Source: an uncultured Actinomycetes bacterium
GTDB taxonomy: Bacteria > Actinomycetota > Actinomycetes > Streptosporangiales > Streptosporangiaceae
NCBI GenBank assembly: GCA_963711485.1
Contig: CAVQEM010000084.1
Coordinates: forward strand, 50,180-114,179
Length of the DNA stretch: 64,000 nucleotides
Direction of reading: 5' to 3'
Shown: positions 1-10,298 of the stretch, piece by piece
Layout of the letters: every line of letters begins with the position of its first letter
Position numbering within the stretch: position 1 is the first letter of the stretch
Translations under genes and position numbers: made by a program
Notes under the pieces: model-generated
The model's database searches: none
Told to the model about the DNA's origin: nothing
The model's input: only the letters and a program-made list of their open reading frames with translations

Positions 1-1388
1 TTTCCTCGGTCAGGGACCACGCCGACGTGCTGTGGGTGTGTGCGGCGCTGAGCGACGCGGACCGGACTGCGGCCCGCTCCGCCCCGGACGGGCGCCTCGA
101 CGCCGAGCTGACCCCGGGGAAGTCCACCGTGCGGATGCTGGACCTTCCGGCCGCCACCTTTCAGCGGGCCTACAACTCGGTGGCCAACTCCACGCTCTGG
201 TTCGTGCATCACATGCTCTTCGACACTCCGAACCAGCCCGGCTACGGGCTCGCGTTCCGCCGCGAGTGGCAGTCGTTCCGGGCCTACAACGCCGCGTTCG
301 CCGACGCGCTGGCCGACGGAGCCGGGCCGGGCGAGAGCCGCGGCCAGGTCAGCAGCGGTCGGGTCAGCACTGGCCAGGTCAGCACTGGCCAGGTCAGGGC
401 GTTGATCCAGGACTATCACCTGCCGCTCGTGCCGCGGATGCTCGCCGAGCGGCGGCCCGACGTCAGGATCGCGCATTTCTCGCACACGCCGTGGGCGCCC
501 CCGGATTACTACCGCCTGCTGCCGGACAAGGTGGGCCGCGACGTGCTGGACGGGATCCTCGGGGCGGATCACGCCGGCTTTCTCTGCCAGCGCTGGGCCG
601 ACGCTTTCCTGGACTGCTGCGCCCAGTTCCTCGACGCGTCGGTAGACCGGGCGGCCGACACCGTCCGGTACAGGGGCAAGCTGACTACGGTCGCCGTGCA
701 CCCGCTCGGCGTGGACGCGGACGAACTGCGGCAGCGGGCTGCGGCCCCGGATGTCCAGGGGCAGGTGGCCGCGCTGACCGCCATGACGGCGGGCCAGCGT
801 CTCATCGTCCGCGTGGACCGTACCGAGCTGTCCAAAAACATCGTCCGCGGCCTGGCCGCCTATCGCGAGCTGCTCATCACCCACCCGGAATGGCGCGGCC
901 AGGTGACCCATCTGGCGTTCGCCTACCCGTCCCGGCATGATCTCCCCGAATACCGCGAATACACCGCGCGGGTGCTGCGGATGGCCGGGGACATCGAGGA
1001 CGAGTTCGGCACCGACACCTGGAACCCGCTGATCCTCCAGGTGAACGACGACTACCCGCGCTCGCTGGCCGCCTTCCGGCTCGCCGACGTGCTCCTGGTC
1101 AACCCGATCCGGGACGGGATGAACCTGGTGGCCAAGGAGGGGCCGATCCTGTCCGAGCGGGCTTGCGCCCTGGTCCTGTCCACGGAGGCTGGCGCGGCCG
1201 CCCAACTGGGCGAGGACGCGCTCATGGTGAACCCGTTCGACGTCACGCAGACCGCGGAGGCGCTGCACCTGGCGCTCACCATGCCAGAGAGCGAGCGCGC
1301 CCGGCGGAACGCCGCGCTCGCGTCGGCCAGCGCGGCGTTCCCGCCCAGTGCCTGGCTGCAATCCCAGCTCGACGCGCTCGCGAGGTGA
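1..1388 (+). CDS. otsA: alpha,alpha-trehalose-phosphate synthase (GT20), 5' end outside window
   Basis: Frame is open back to the window edge. Motifs LWFVHHMLFD and VNPIRDGMNLVAKEGP are typical of OtsA. Carries an in-frame 15-nt repeat at 342-395 (GQVSS/GRVST/GQVST). Confidence 0.85.
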   Translation, partial: SSVRDHADVLWVCAALSDADRTAARSAPDGRLDAELTPGKSTVRMLDLPAATFQRAYNSVANSTLWFVHHMLFDTPNQPGYGLAFRREWQSFRAYNAAFADALADGAGPGESRGQVSSGRVSTGQVSTGQVRALIQDYHLPLVPRMLAERRPDVRIAHFSHTPWAPPDYYRLLPDKVGRDVLDGILGADHAGFLCQRWADAFLDCCAQFLDASVDRAADTVRYRGKLTTVAVHPLGVDADELRQRAAAPDVQGQVAALTAMTAGQRLIVRVDRTELSKNIVRGLAAYRELLITHPEWRGQVTHLAFAYPSRHDLPEYREYTARVLRMAGDIEDEFGTDTWNPLILQVNDDYPRSLAAFRLADVLLVNPIRDGMNLVAKEGPILSERACALVLSTEAGAAAQLGEDALMVNPFDVTQTAEALHLALTMPESERARRNAALASASAAFPPSAWLQSQLDALAR

Positions 1389-1435
1389 TTTCCTGGGGAT
1401 GCTTCCTGGGATAACGCGGGCCGCTTCCCGGGATA

Positions 1436-2458
1436 ATGAGACTCCTGGAGCCGATCGCGGTCGCCGGTATCGCCGAATTGAGGTGGTGTGACCCAGTGAG
1501 CGGGCTGGTGGCCGCGGCCCTGACCGTGCTGTGCCTGCCGTTCCTCGCCGCGCGCGCGGCGGGCGGCCAGCCGCCGAACCCGGGCCCGAAGCTGGCCGCG
1601 CTGGCCCCCGCCGGAATCGTGCCCGCCGTCGCCGGGGTCGTGGTGGGCGCATTGTCTTCGTGGTGGCTCGCGCTGATCCTGGCCGTGCCCGCGCTGGTCC
1701 TGCTGGCCTGGCAGCTGCCCCCGGCCTGGCGGGCGCCCCGGGCCCCCCGGCCGCCGGGCCCCGGCGGCCCGGGCCCGCCGCTGCGGGTGCTGAGCATGAA
1801 CGTCATGGGAGGCGCGGCCGACGCGGAGGCCATCACCGCCATCGTGGCCGCGCTGGAGGTGGACGTCCTCGCGGTCCAGGAACTGACCAGCGGGCTCCTG
1901 CAGCGGCTGGCCCTGACCGGGCTCACGGACCTCCTGCCGCACTCCCAGCTCGAGCCCCGCGAGGGCTCGGGCGGCACCGGGCTCTGGGCCCGCTGGCCGC
2001 TGGCCGCTGTGCCCCCGGTGGACGGCCTGACCGCGGCGGCCCCGCGGGCCCGCATCGACCCGCCCGGCGGGCAGTCCGTCACGATCACCGCCGTGCACCC
2101 GGTCGCCCCGGTCGCGGACCGGGAACACCGCTGGCGGCAGGAGCTCGCGCTGATTCAGGCGGCCCTGGCTGACACCAGCGGCCCGCAAGTGGCGGCCGGG
2201 GACTTCAACGCCAGCCGGGACCACCGCCCGTTCCGTGCCCTGCTCCGGTCCGGTTTCGTGGACTGCGCCGACGCCGCCCGCCAGCGGGTCTGGCCGGGTT
2301 TCACCTGGCCCGCAGACCGGCGCTACCCGCCGCTGATGCGGCTGGATCACGTGCTGGCCTCACGCGGGGCCGTGGTGCACGAAACCAGGACCGTCCGCGT
2401 TCCCGGCAGCGACCACCTGGGCGTCCTGGCCGTGCTCGATTTCCGCTCCGCGGGCTGA
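1436..2458 (+). CDS. endonuclease/exonuclease/phosphatase (EEP) family membrane protein
   Basis: Hydrophobic N-terminal segments followed by LRVLSMNVMGG, GDFNASRDH and SDHLGVLAVLDF, the EEP catalytic pattern. Confidence 0.7.
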   Translation: MRLLEPIAVAGIAELRWCDPVSGLVAAALTVLCLPFLAARAAGGQPPNPGPKLAALAPAGIVPAVAGVVVGALSSWWLALILAVPALVLLAWQLPPAWRAPRAPRPPGPGGPGPPLRVLSMNVMGGAADAEAITAIVAALEVDVLAVQELTSGLLQRLALTGLTDLLPHSQLEPREGSGGTGLWARWPLAAVPPVDGLTAAAPRARIDPPGGQSVTITAVHPVAPVADREHRWRQELALIQAALADTSGPQVAAGDFNASRDHRPFRALLRSGFVDCADAARQRVWPGFTWPADRRYPPLMRLDHVLASRGAVVHETRTVRVPGSDHLGVLAVLDFRSAG

Positions 2459-3316
2459 CCACCGGCAGGCCGCTACCGCCGGCCAGCCGCCGCCGATGGC
2501 TCCGGCCAGGGAGCCGAGCAGGGCCACGACGCCCTCCGGGCCGTCCACCACCAGGTCGGCTTGCCCCGCCAGCGCGGTCACCTCGGCGGAGCCGCTGAAC
2601 ACGGTGAGCCCGGGGACGCCCTCACCGCGCAGCGCGCGCACGGCGTCGAAGGCAGCCACATCGCCCAGGTCGTCTCCGCAGAACATGACGGCGGAGGGCC
2701 GACGCTGCTGAACGAGGCTGCGCAGGGCCTGGCCCTTGTCCATGCCCTGCGGCCGCAGCTCGATCACCATGCGCCCCGGCTCGACGGCCAGCCCGTGCCG
2801 CGCGGCCAGGCCGGCCAGCGGGTCGCGGAGGCGGTCCAGGGCCGCCTGCGGATCAGGCGCCTGCCGGGTGTGCACCGCGACGGCGTGGCCCTTGTCCTCG
2901 ATCCGCGTCCCGTCCGGCGCGCCCGCCCTGGCCAGCAGGCCGGGCAGCTCGGCGCGGGCCGCCTCGACCCCCGCCTGCGACGGGGGTGACTCGAGCATCC
3001 CGTCCGCCCAGCGCTCGAGGCCGTAGTGGCCGAGCACGATGAGGCCCGGGACCGCCTGGAACCCGCCCAGGTCCACGGCGGACGCGGCCGGGCGGCCGGT
3101 GATCACCGCGAGGGCGCCGACCACGGCGGCCACCTGCCGCAGGGCCGGGACCGCCGCTGGATGGGCGCGGGCCGCGGCCGGGTCGGCCACGATGGGGGAC
3201 AGCGTCCCGTCGAAGTCCAGCGCGACGAGGCCACGGCCCGGATCGGCGAGCAGCTCAGCCAGCCCGGCGCGTCCTTCCGGGGTCACCGGGACCGGCAGGG
3301 TCTGTGTCCCGCTCAC
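2360..3316 (-). CDS. otsB: trehalose-phosphatase (HAD)
   Basis: HAD motif I LDFDGTLSPIV, a later FCGDDLGD motif, and the otsA neighbourhood. The 3' tail overlaps the convergent EEP gene and may be shorter. Confidence 0.8.
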   Translation of the reverse strand: MSGTQTLPVPVTPEGRAGLAELLADPGRGLVALDFDGTLSPIVADPAAARAHPAAVPALRQVAAVVGALAVITGRPAASAVDLGGFQAVPGLIVLGHYGLERWADGMLESPPSQAGVEAARAELPGLLARAGAPDGTRIEDKGHAVAVHTRQAPDPQAALDRLRDPLAGLAARHGLAVEPGRMVIELRPQGMDKGQALRSLVQQRRPSAVMFCGDDLGDVAAFDAVRALRGEGVPGLTVFSGSAEVTALAGQADLVVDGPEGVVALLGSLAGAIGGGWPAVAACRWSARGAEIEHGQDAQVVAAGNADGPGFVHHGPA

Positions 3317-3588
3317 CAGGCCCCGCTCACCAGGACGGGCGGTCGCGGTCGGGGCCGGCCGAGCGCATCTGGTGCCGCCGGGCTCGCTGCCCGGCGCAGC
3401 CGGGTCACCAGGGCCGGGTCGAACACGAGCGCCTCCGGACGGTCAATGAGGTCGTTCAGCAGCTGGTAGTAACTGGTCGCGGTCATGCCCAGGGCGTCGC
3501 GGATCTCCTGCTCCTTCGCGCCGGGCGACCGCCACCAGCCACGCTCGAAGGCGAGGACCCGCATTTCGCGTTCGGACAGCGCCGCCAT
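3313..3588 (-). CDS. DUF3263 family protein
   Basis: The 91-aa sequence (SEREMRVLAFERGWW...ATSYYQLLNDLID) matches the small actinobacterial DUF3263 protein. Its stop overlaps the otsB start by 4 nt. Confidence 0.7.
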   Translation of the reverse strand: MAALSEREMRVLAFERGWWRSPGAKEQEIRDALGMTATSYYQLLNDLIDRPEALVFDPALVTRLRRAASPAAPDALGRPRPRPPVLVSGAW

Positions 3589-3669
3589 CTGCCCTCCAGT
3601 ACCGCGCCCGCAGCTTCATCCTAGGGCGGCTCTAGCCGGTCTGCCCACGACCCCGTACGCTCAGCCTTC

Positions 3670-4488
3670 GTGGCTTCATTCGACTGCATAACGTTCCTCA
3701 CTGACTACGGCCTGGAGGATGGGTTCGTCGCCGCCTGCCACGGGGTCGCCGCTCGCGTCGCCGCCGGGATCAGGCTGATCGACATTACCCATCTCGTGCC
3801 GCCCGGCGATGTGCGCCGCGGCGCCGCCGTGCTGGCCCAGACCATCCCCTACCTGCCGCCGGGCGTGCACGTCGCGGTGGTGGACCCGGGAGTCGGGACC
3901 GCACGCCGCGGGATCGCGGTGGCTGCCGGGGAGTCCATCCTCGTCGGCCCGGACAACGGCCTGCTGTCCTGGGCGGTGGCCGCACTTGGCGGCGCGACCG
4001 CGGCCTGCCAGCTGACCAACGGCGAGCTGTGGCTGCACCCGGTGTCGCCCACATTCCACGGCCGGGACATCTTCACCCCGGTCGCCGCGTACCTGGCGGG
4101 CGGGGCCGACCTGGCCTCGGTCGGCACGCCTATCGACCTCGCGGACCTGGTGACCCTGCCCGCGCCGACCAGCCGGGTGCACGACGGCGAGGCCGAGGGC
4201 GAGGTGATGTCGGTGGACCGGTTCGGCAACGTCCAGCTGTCCATCGCAGCCTCGGACGCCGACCGGCTGGGCCTGGGTTTCGGCTCGCCGGTGGTAGTCC
4301 GCTGCGGGCGGCGCCAGCTGACGGTGCCGTACCTGGAGACGTTCGCCGCGGTGGCCCCCGGGGAGATCGTCGCCTTCACGGACAGCGCCGGGCTCATTTC
4401 CCTGGCGGTGAACGGCGGCGACGCCGCGGAGCAGCTCGGGCTGCCTCCCGGCGCCCATGTCCGGCTGTCTGCGGCCATGCCTGCCTGA
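3670..4488 (+). CDS. SAM hydroxide adenosyltransferase (DUF62 / chlorinase-fluorinase fold) family protein
   Basis: N-terminus ITFLTDYGLEDGFVAACHGV, VAVVDPGVGT and VDRFGNVQL are typical of this family. Confidence 0.7.
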   Translation: MASFDCITFLTDYGLEDGFVAACHGVAARVAAGIRLIDITHLVPPGDVRRGAAVLAQTIPYLPPGVHVAVVDPGVGTARRGIAVAAGESILVGPDNGLLSWAVAALGGATAACQLTNGELWLHPVSPTFHGRDIFTPVAAYLAGGADLASVGTPIDLADLVTLPAPTSRVHDGEAEGEVMSVDRFGNVQLSIAASDADRLGLGFGSPVVVRCGRRQLTVPYLETFAAVAPGEIVAFTDSAGLISLAVNGGDAAEQLGLPPGAHVRLSAAMPA

Positions 4489-4559
4489 GCCATTCGCTAC
4501 GCCCTCGCAACCGTCCCGAACGTGGCAGAATGCCCGGGGGATGATGGGAGGGTCAGCGC

Positions 4560-6362
4560 ATGGCGCAGCGGCTCCGGAGCCGGGCGACGGCGGCTGTCGC
4601 CGCGGGTCTGGCAGCGGCCTGCATCGGGGTGGCGGCGTCGCCTGCGTTCGCGGACACCGTCCGTGATCAGGAGTGGTGGCTCAGCTCACTGCATGTGACT
4701 CAGGCCTGGCTTTCCAGCCGCGGCGCCGGGGTCACCGTGGCTGTGCTGGACACTGGCGTGGACCCTGCCCAGCCCGACCTGGCCGGCTCGGTGACCACCG
4801 GACCGGATTTCACGGGCTCCGGCCGGACCGCGGGCGGACCGTTCTGGGGCGTCCACGGTACGGCGGTGGCCAGCATCATCGCCGGGCACGGGCATGGCCC
4901 GCACCACGCCGACGGCATCGTCGGGGTCGCTCCTGCGGCGAAGATCCTGTCCGTGCGGGTCACGCTTGAGAGCAAGGATCCGCTGCTGGCCAGCCCGACC
5001 GTGGTAGCCGCGCTGCCCGCGGCGATCGCCCACGGCATCCGGTACGCGGTCCGGCACGGCGCCCAAGTCATCGACTTGCCCCTGGACCCGGCCGCACAGG
5101 CCGGCGGAACCACCCCCGGCGGCAGCCCGGCGGAGCGCAGCGCGGTCGAGGCGGCGCTGGCCAAGGGCGTCGTCCTGGTGGCCCCCTCCGGCGACAACGG
5201 CGCCGGGAGCGACACGGTCAACTACCCGGCCGCCTACCCGGGCGTGATCTCGGTCGGCGCGTTCAGCGAGGGCTTCGTCAAGGCGCCGTTCACCAACCAG
5301 CAGCCCTACGCCACGCTGACCGCGGCTGGCGACGGCGTCATCGCGGCGAACGGCCTGACCGGCTACGCCAAGCTGAGGAGCACCAGCGCGGCCAGCGCCG
5401 TGGTGGCCGGCATCGCCGCCCTGATCCGCTCGCAGTTCCCCACGTTCACGCCCGCCCAGGTGGAGCAGGCCCTGACCAGCGGCACCGCGTTCCGCCACAC
5501 GGACGGCCGGAAGGACGGCTCCGGGTTCGGCACCGCCGACGCGGCGGCCGCGCTGCTCGCGGCGGCCCACATCAATGCGACCCCGACCAGTTCGGCGTCG
5601 CCGGGCAACCCCACTCCGCCGGCCCCCCCGAAGGTCCACGTGACCACCAAGAGCCTCTGGGAGGCCGTGCGCATCCCGGTGCTCGGTCTCGCGGCCCTCG
5701 TGCTGCTCGCGCTCATCATCCTGATCTGCGTGCGGGTGCGGCAACGGCGGGCGCTCGACGCCCAGCTGGCTCCGCTGCAGGCCGCGGCGCGGGCTTCGCG
5801 GGCGCAGGCCGCGGCCAGCATGACCGGCATGGGCAGCCCGGGTCCGGGCTACGGGCCACCCCCGCGCGACGTGGCGCCGAGCCGTGCCCCGGCGAGCAGC
5901 GAACCGGGACACGGCCCTGAGAACTTCGGGCTGGCCAGCGTCGGCCCCAGCCACTCAGGTCTGGCTGGCCGAGTTCGGGCGGGCGCGGGCGCGGGCGCGG
6001 CGGGCCGGGTGCCGACGGCCGCCGGATTCATCAGCAGCGGGCCGGGCAGCAGCGGGCCGGGCAGCAGCGGACGGCCGCCGTCAGGATCGGTCGCGCGCCC
6101 GGCGGTCAGCGGCAGGCCACCCTGGGAAGAGGAGGACGAGCCGGCCGCCCGGCTCCTGCCCCGGCTCCTGCCGCGCCGCAACAGGGCCGGGCCGAGGCCA
6201 GGTTCCTGCTCCCCGGCCGCGGGCTGGGCAGCATGGACGCGGCGGCCGGCAGGCCGGCCGCGGGCGGCTCCGCGGGCGGCGGCCCTGCTGATGGCGGCCG
6301 GGGCCGCGCGGGTTCCCGCGCCGACAGCTCCGCCCCGGGGAGCGAAGGCACGAGCACCCTGA
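4560..6362 (+). CDS. S8 family serine peptidase, signal peptide plus C-terminal TM anchor (mycosin-like), 3' end uncertain
   Basis: Asp (VAVLDTGVD), His (HGTAVASII) and Ser (STSAASAVVAG) triad regions, then the TM helix IPVLGLAALVLLALIILICV. After about 5760 the protein is low-complexity tail. Confidence 0.75.
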   Translation: MAQRLRSRATAAVAAGLAAACIGVAASPAFADTVRDQEWWLSSLHVTQAWLSSRGAGVTVAVLDTGVDPAQPDLAGSVTTGPDFTGSGRTAGGPFWGVHGTAVASIIAGHGHGPHHADGIVGVAPAAKILSVRVTLESKDPLLASPTVVAALPAAIAHGIRYAVRHGAQVIDLPLDPAAQAGGTTPGGSPAERSAVEAALAKGVVLVAPSGDNGAGSDTVNYPAAYPGVISVGAFSEGFVKAPFTNQQPYATLTAAGDGVIAANGLTGYAKLRSTSAASAVVAGIAALIRSQFPTFTPAQVEQALTSGTAFRHTDGRKDGSGFGTADAAAALLAAAHINATPTSSASPGNPTPPAPPKVHVTTKSLWEAVRIPVLGLAALVLLALIILICVRVRQRRALDAQLAPLQAAARASRAQAAASMTGMGSPGPGYGPPPRDVAPSRAPASSEPGHGPENFGLASVGPSHSGLAGRVRAGAGAGAAGRVPTAAGFISSGPGSSGPGSSGRPPSGSVARPAVSGRPPWEEEDEPAARLLPRLLPRRNRAGPRPGSCSPAAGWAAWTRRPAGRPRAAPRAAALLMAAGAARVPAPTAPPRGAKARAP

Positions 6363-7810
6363 ATCTGGGTGGCTGGAGCCTGGGCAAGCCCAGCGGCGGC
6401 ACGGGCCGGGCGGGCGCCCGCAACGGCGCCCCCGACGCGGGCGAGGCAGCCACGGGCAGCGCAGCCAGGAGCAGCGCAGCCACAGGCGACGCACCCGCGG
6501 GCAGCGCAGCTACAGGCCACGCAGCCACGGACGACGCAACCACGGACGACGCAACCACGGACGACCCAACCACGGACGGAGAGCCACGGGTAGCACCGGC
6601 ACCGGGACAGGAGCCACCGCGAACACCGGCCGGGGGAACGGAACCACGGGGGCGGGACGCACGGGCCCAGGGTTCCCGGGGCCGCTGACCGGGATCGGCG
6701 ATACCAGCTCGAACAGGGCGGCGGCCGCCGCCCGGGCCCGTTTCGGTCCGTCGCCCTTCGACGACCCCTCGTTCGAGATTCCCGCGTTCGCCCCCCCGCC
6801 CGCCAGCGGCTCCCCGCTCGACGACCGCGCGTTCGGCACCTCCGCACCGGGCGCATCCGCACTGGGCGCATCGACACTGGGCGCATCGAGACCGGGCACA
6901 TCGACACCGAGCACATCGACACCGAGCACATCGGCTCCAGGTGCATCCGTACCGGGCGCAGCCACGCCGGGGTGGCTTCCTGGGCACGCCACCGCGGATA
7001 TCAGCGCCAGGTGCCCCAGCGGATGCCCTCCGCCCGGCTCCGCCAGCCGGGAATGCCGGCTCGCGTGGCCCGGGCCGCCACGGCGCGGCGCGAGGCGCCA
7101 CGGGCGGGAACTCCCCGGGAACGACCGGCGGAGCCGGGCCGGAGGCCCCCGCGGTCCGGACGGGCGGCGCCCCGCCCGCCGCCGTGCCACCCCTGGGGTC
7201 CGCGCAGCGGCTGAACCCGGTGCGGCCGCCTGCCGGGCCGAGCGGTCACCCGCCCTGGGGGCCTGCCGAGAAGCCAGCGAGCGAGCTCCCGTGGATGGAC
7301 GCGCCAGGCTCCGGTCAGGGCCGGCTGGGCCCGCCCCGGCGCGCTTTCCCGGTGGGCGCCCAAGGGCCGGCTGGCGGTCCGATGGCGACGGGAGTGGACA
7401 CCAGTGGCCTGGGTGCCGGTGGTCTGGGTGCCGGTGGTCTGGGTGCCGGTGGTCTGGGTGCCGGTGGTCTGGGTGTCTGTGTCTTGTGTGTGCCGATGGT
7501 CTGGGTGCCGATGGTCGGGGCCGATGGCCCGGGTGCGGGCCGGACCGGTGCGGGCCAGCCACTGGCCGGCGGCAGGCCGGCTGACCAGCAGCCCATGACT
7601 GACTCCGGGCTGGTCCGCCGCAGGCCGAAAAGCCAGAGCCCGTTCCCCGACCTGGCTGGCCCGCCGCCTGGAATCGACTCGTCGCCCGGCAGCCAGTCCG
7701 GCGATGACGCCGAGGGCACCAAGAGGCCGATGTACTCGTGGAATCCGTCGGATACCACGGAGGCCTTCCCCGCGGTGCCTCCGCCGGGCGACTCGCGCCC
7801 GGGGTAGCGG
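5850..7810. repeat. ~2 kb Pro/Gly/Ala/Ser-rich low-complexity region with nested 15-nt tandem arrays
   Basis: Arrays lie at 6521-6580 (gcaaccacggacgac x4), 6838-6957 (gcatcgacactgggc-like x8) and 7411-7470 (gggtgccggtggtct x4 perfect). All three forward frames are long and open, so the frame cannot be assigned. Confidence 0.8.
6941..7807 (+). CDS. hypothetical Pro/Gly-rich protein, or a frame-shifted continuation of the S8 peptidase cytoplasmic tail
   Basis: Only the last ~60 codons (RRPKSQSPFPDLAG...KRPMYSWNPSDTTEAFPAVPPPG) look like ordinary protein sequence. Confidence 0.3.
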   Translation: MHPYRAQPRRGGFLGTPPRISAPGAPADALRPAPPAGNAGSRGPGRHGAARGATGGNSPGTTGGAGPEAPAVRTGGAPPAAVPPLGSAQRLNPVRPPAGPSGHPPWGPAEKPASELPWMDAPGSGQGRLGPPRRAFPVGAQGPAGGPMATGVDTSGLGAGGLGAGGLGAGGLGAGGLGVCVLCVPMVWVPMVGADGPGAGRTGAGQPLAGGRPADQQPMTDSGLVRRRPKSQSPFPDLAGPPPGIDSSPGSQSGDDAEGTKRPMYSWNPSDTTEAFPAVPPPGDSRPG

Positions 7811-7843
7811 CACCCTGCCACCCGGGCCACCGCGCTGCGGGTC

Positions 7844-8533
7844 CTACCCGGCGGACGCCTCGCCGTTCATTTCCGCCTTGCGGACCGAGGCGTACATGGG
7901 CACGTATTCCTGCCCGGACAGGTCCTGGATGGCGTGGATGACCTCGTCCGTGATCCCGCGGCGGGCCTTGCCTGGCGCGCTCCCCTGGTACGCCTCGAAC
8001 GTGAGCGGCTTGCCGATCCGCATCGAGACCTGATGCAGCCGTGGCACCACGTGCCCGGGCGGCAGGATCCGGTCGGTGCCCATCATCGCCACCGGGATCA
8101 CGGGCAGGCCGGAGTTCATCGCCAGCCAGGCCACGCCGGTGCGTCCGCGGTACAGCCGCCCGTCCGGTGACCGGGTGCCCTCGGGGTAGATGCCGAACAG
8201 CTGGCCGCGACGCAGCAGGGCCAGCGCCGCCTCGAGCATGTCCTGCGCGGCCCGGGCCTGAGCCCGGTCCACGGACAGCTGCTTGGTGGCGCGCAGGTAG
8301 GCGCCGGCCACCCGCTGTGCCATGCTCCGGCCGGTGAAGTACTCCGACTTGGCGGCGAAGGTGAGCGGGCGGTCGAGCATCAGCGGAAGGAAGATCGAGT
8401 CCACGATGGACAGGTGGTTGGACGCCAGGATGGCGCCGCCCTCGGGTGGGATGTACCCCAGGCCGGTGATCCGCGGCCGCCAGAGCAGACGCAAGGCTGG
8501 GCCGGCCACAACCCTGGACAGCTGGTACTGCAC
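7844..8533 (-). CDS. plsC: 1-acyl-sn-glycerol-3-phosphate acyltransferase family protein
   Basis: NHLSIVDSIF (HX4D-type block) and IYPEGTRSPDG motifs. Confidence 0.8.
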   Translation of the reverse strand: MQYQLSRVVAGPALRLLWRPRITGLGYIPPEGGAILASNHLSIVDSIFLPLMLDRPLTFAAKSEYFTGRSMAQRVAGAYLRATKQLSVDRAQARAAQDMLEAALALLRRGQLFGIYPEGTRSPDGRLYRGRTGVAWLAMNSGLPVIPVAMMGTDRILPPGHVVPRLHQVSMRIGKPLTFEAYQGSAPGKARRGITDEVIHAIQDLSGQEYVPMYASVRKAEMNGEASAG

Positions 8534-8657
8534 CCGATAGCTCCTGGAATGTCGATCCGCAATGGCTGCTCAAAGATATCCGGGGTCAGCCGCGGCGGAG
8601 CAGGCTCAGTGCTGATCCGCGTCCGGCGGCGCCGGCGGCCCCCGCTCCCGCTCCCGC

Positions 8658-10298
8658 TCAGTTGGCGCAGATGTTCTGGCTGGCCGTCCGGGAAGAGAAG
8701 CTCGGCGACGGGGTGGGGGTAGTCGACTGGGCTGTCCCCTCGGTCTGGGTTGTGGTCCCGTAGTTACTGCCCAGCAGGAGGACCAGCCGGTCGCTGGTAC
8801 CCGGGACCTCCTGGATGGCGGAGCCGGGCACCTTGGCCTCCAGCAGTCTGGCCTGTGCCCCGTCACCCGCGTGGTACCTGATCACCGTCTCGCTGATGTC
8901 CTGGGCGGACCCCTGGATCATGCTCGTCACGTTGAAGCCCTTTTGCTGCAGCAGGGTGCCGACGGAGTCTTCCAGCCCGTACTGCGCGGTGCCGTTGCGG
9001 ACCGAGACGGAGACCGTGTGCGGCGAGATCGCGGGCTGCTTGACCTGCTGGATCGACGCGTTGCTGACCGGGATGTCGTCACGGAAGTCCTGGAAAATCG
9101 TGCTGTCCTCGGGCTGCGTCCACATCACGTTGGCGGTGTCGGTCGGCACCACCAGCTGCCGGGGGTAGGTCGGCAGGGTGAAGAAGGTGATCTGGCTGGA
9201 GGGCAGGTTCTTGACGCTCATCGCCAGGTCATACAGGCCGTGGATGCCCCCGAGCTGGCTGTCGATCGTGATCGACTTGGTGGCCGCGTCGAGGAATCTG
9301 TAGATGGCGACGGGGTTCAGCAGCTTGCTCTTCACTCGCTCGACGAGCGAGGACATGAGGGCCTGCTGGCGTCCGATCCGCTCGAGGTCGCTGCCGTTGC
9401 CCAGGGTGTAGCGGGCCCGCACGTACGCGAGCGCGACGAAACCGTGCAGCAAATGATGCCCGGGCTTGAGGTACAGGTCGGACTTCGGGTCACTGATCGC
9501 CGTGGTGTTGCACTCCTCGACCCCGCCGAGCGCGTTGACCATGTCCTGGAAGCCGGTGAAGTTGATCGCCACGAAGTGATCGATGTGGATACCCGTGTCC
9601 TGCTCCAGGGTCTTGACCGTGCAGGCCACCCCCAGGTCGGTGTGATTGCCATCCAGGTTGCCCAGGGCGAAGGCCTCGTTGATCTTGAAGGTGGTGGGCG
9701 AGGACAGCGAGCCGTTGCCCATGTCGCACGCGGGGATGTTCACCCACGAGTCGCGCGGGATCGACATCACGTCGACCCACTTCCGGTCGGCCGCGATGTG
9801 CATGATCATCAACGTGTCGGACTGATCGGTGCTGAGGTTCTGCCCGAAGCCCCGGATGCCGTTACGGCTGTCCGAGCCGATGATCATGATGTTCTCGGCC
9901 TGCGGATGCGTGTCGACCGGCTGGGTGCCGAGTTCGCCGGAGATGTTCAGCTGACGGATGTTGCCGTTCAGGTGCCGGTAGACGGCGTAAGCGCCCCCGA
10001 GCGCCAGCAGCACCACGACGGCGGCGCCCCCGGCCGTCCAGGCCAGGATCTTCTTCTTACGGCCGGGACGGTGGCGCGGCTCGGCCGGGGCGCCCGCCGC
10101 AGCGCCAGGCGGGACAGGGGGACCAGCCACATGATCAGGGCCAGCCCCGTCCGGGGGCGCGTCATCAGCCACGTCATCCGCGGGGGCGTTCCCGGCCTCG
10201 CCCGGCCCAGCATGGGCCGGTTCGTGCTCCGGCGGGTCCTCGCTTCCAGGCACATGCCCGGGGCCTGGACCAGGCTCGTCCATGTCGGCCGGCCCCAT
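8658..10298 (-). CDS. LCP (LytR-CpsA-Psr) family cell-wall glycopolymer transferase with LytR_C domain
   Basis: Pro-rich N-terminus plus a TM segment, then NIMIIGSDSR, SDTLMIMHI and MSIPRDSWVNIP. Confidence 0.85.
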   Translation of the reverse strand: MGPADMDEPGPGPGHVPGSEDPPEHEPAHAGPGEAGNAPADDVADDAPPDGAGPDHVAGPPVPPGAAAGAPAEPRHRPGRKKKILAWTAGGAAVVVLLALGGAYAVYRHLNGNIRQLNISGELGTQPVDTHPQAENIMIIGSDSRNGIRGFGQNLSTDQSDTLMIMHIAADRKWVDVMSIPRDSWVNIPACDMGNGSLSSPTTFKINEAFALGNLDGNHTDLGVACTVKTLEQDTGIHIDHFVAINFTGFQDMVNALGGVEECNTTAISDPKSDLYLKPGHHLLHGFVALAYVRARYTLGNGSDLERIGRQQALMSSLVERVKSKLLNPVAIYRFLDAATKSITIDSQLGGIHGLYDLAMSVKNLPSSQITFFTLPTYPRQLVVPTDTANVMWTQPEDSTIFQDFRDDIPVSNASIQQVKQPAISPHTVSVSVRNGTAQYGLEDSVGTLLQQKGFNVTSMIQGSAQDISETVIRYHAGDGAQARLLEAKVPGSAIQEVPGTSDRLVLLLGSNYGTTTQTEGTAQSTTPTPSPSFSSRTASQNICAN

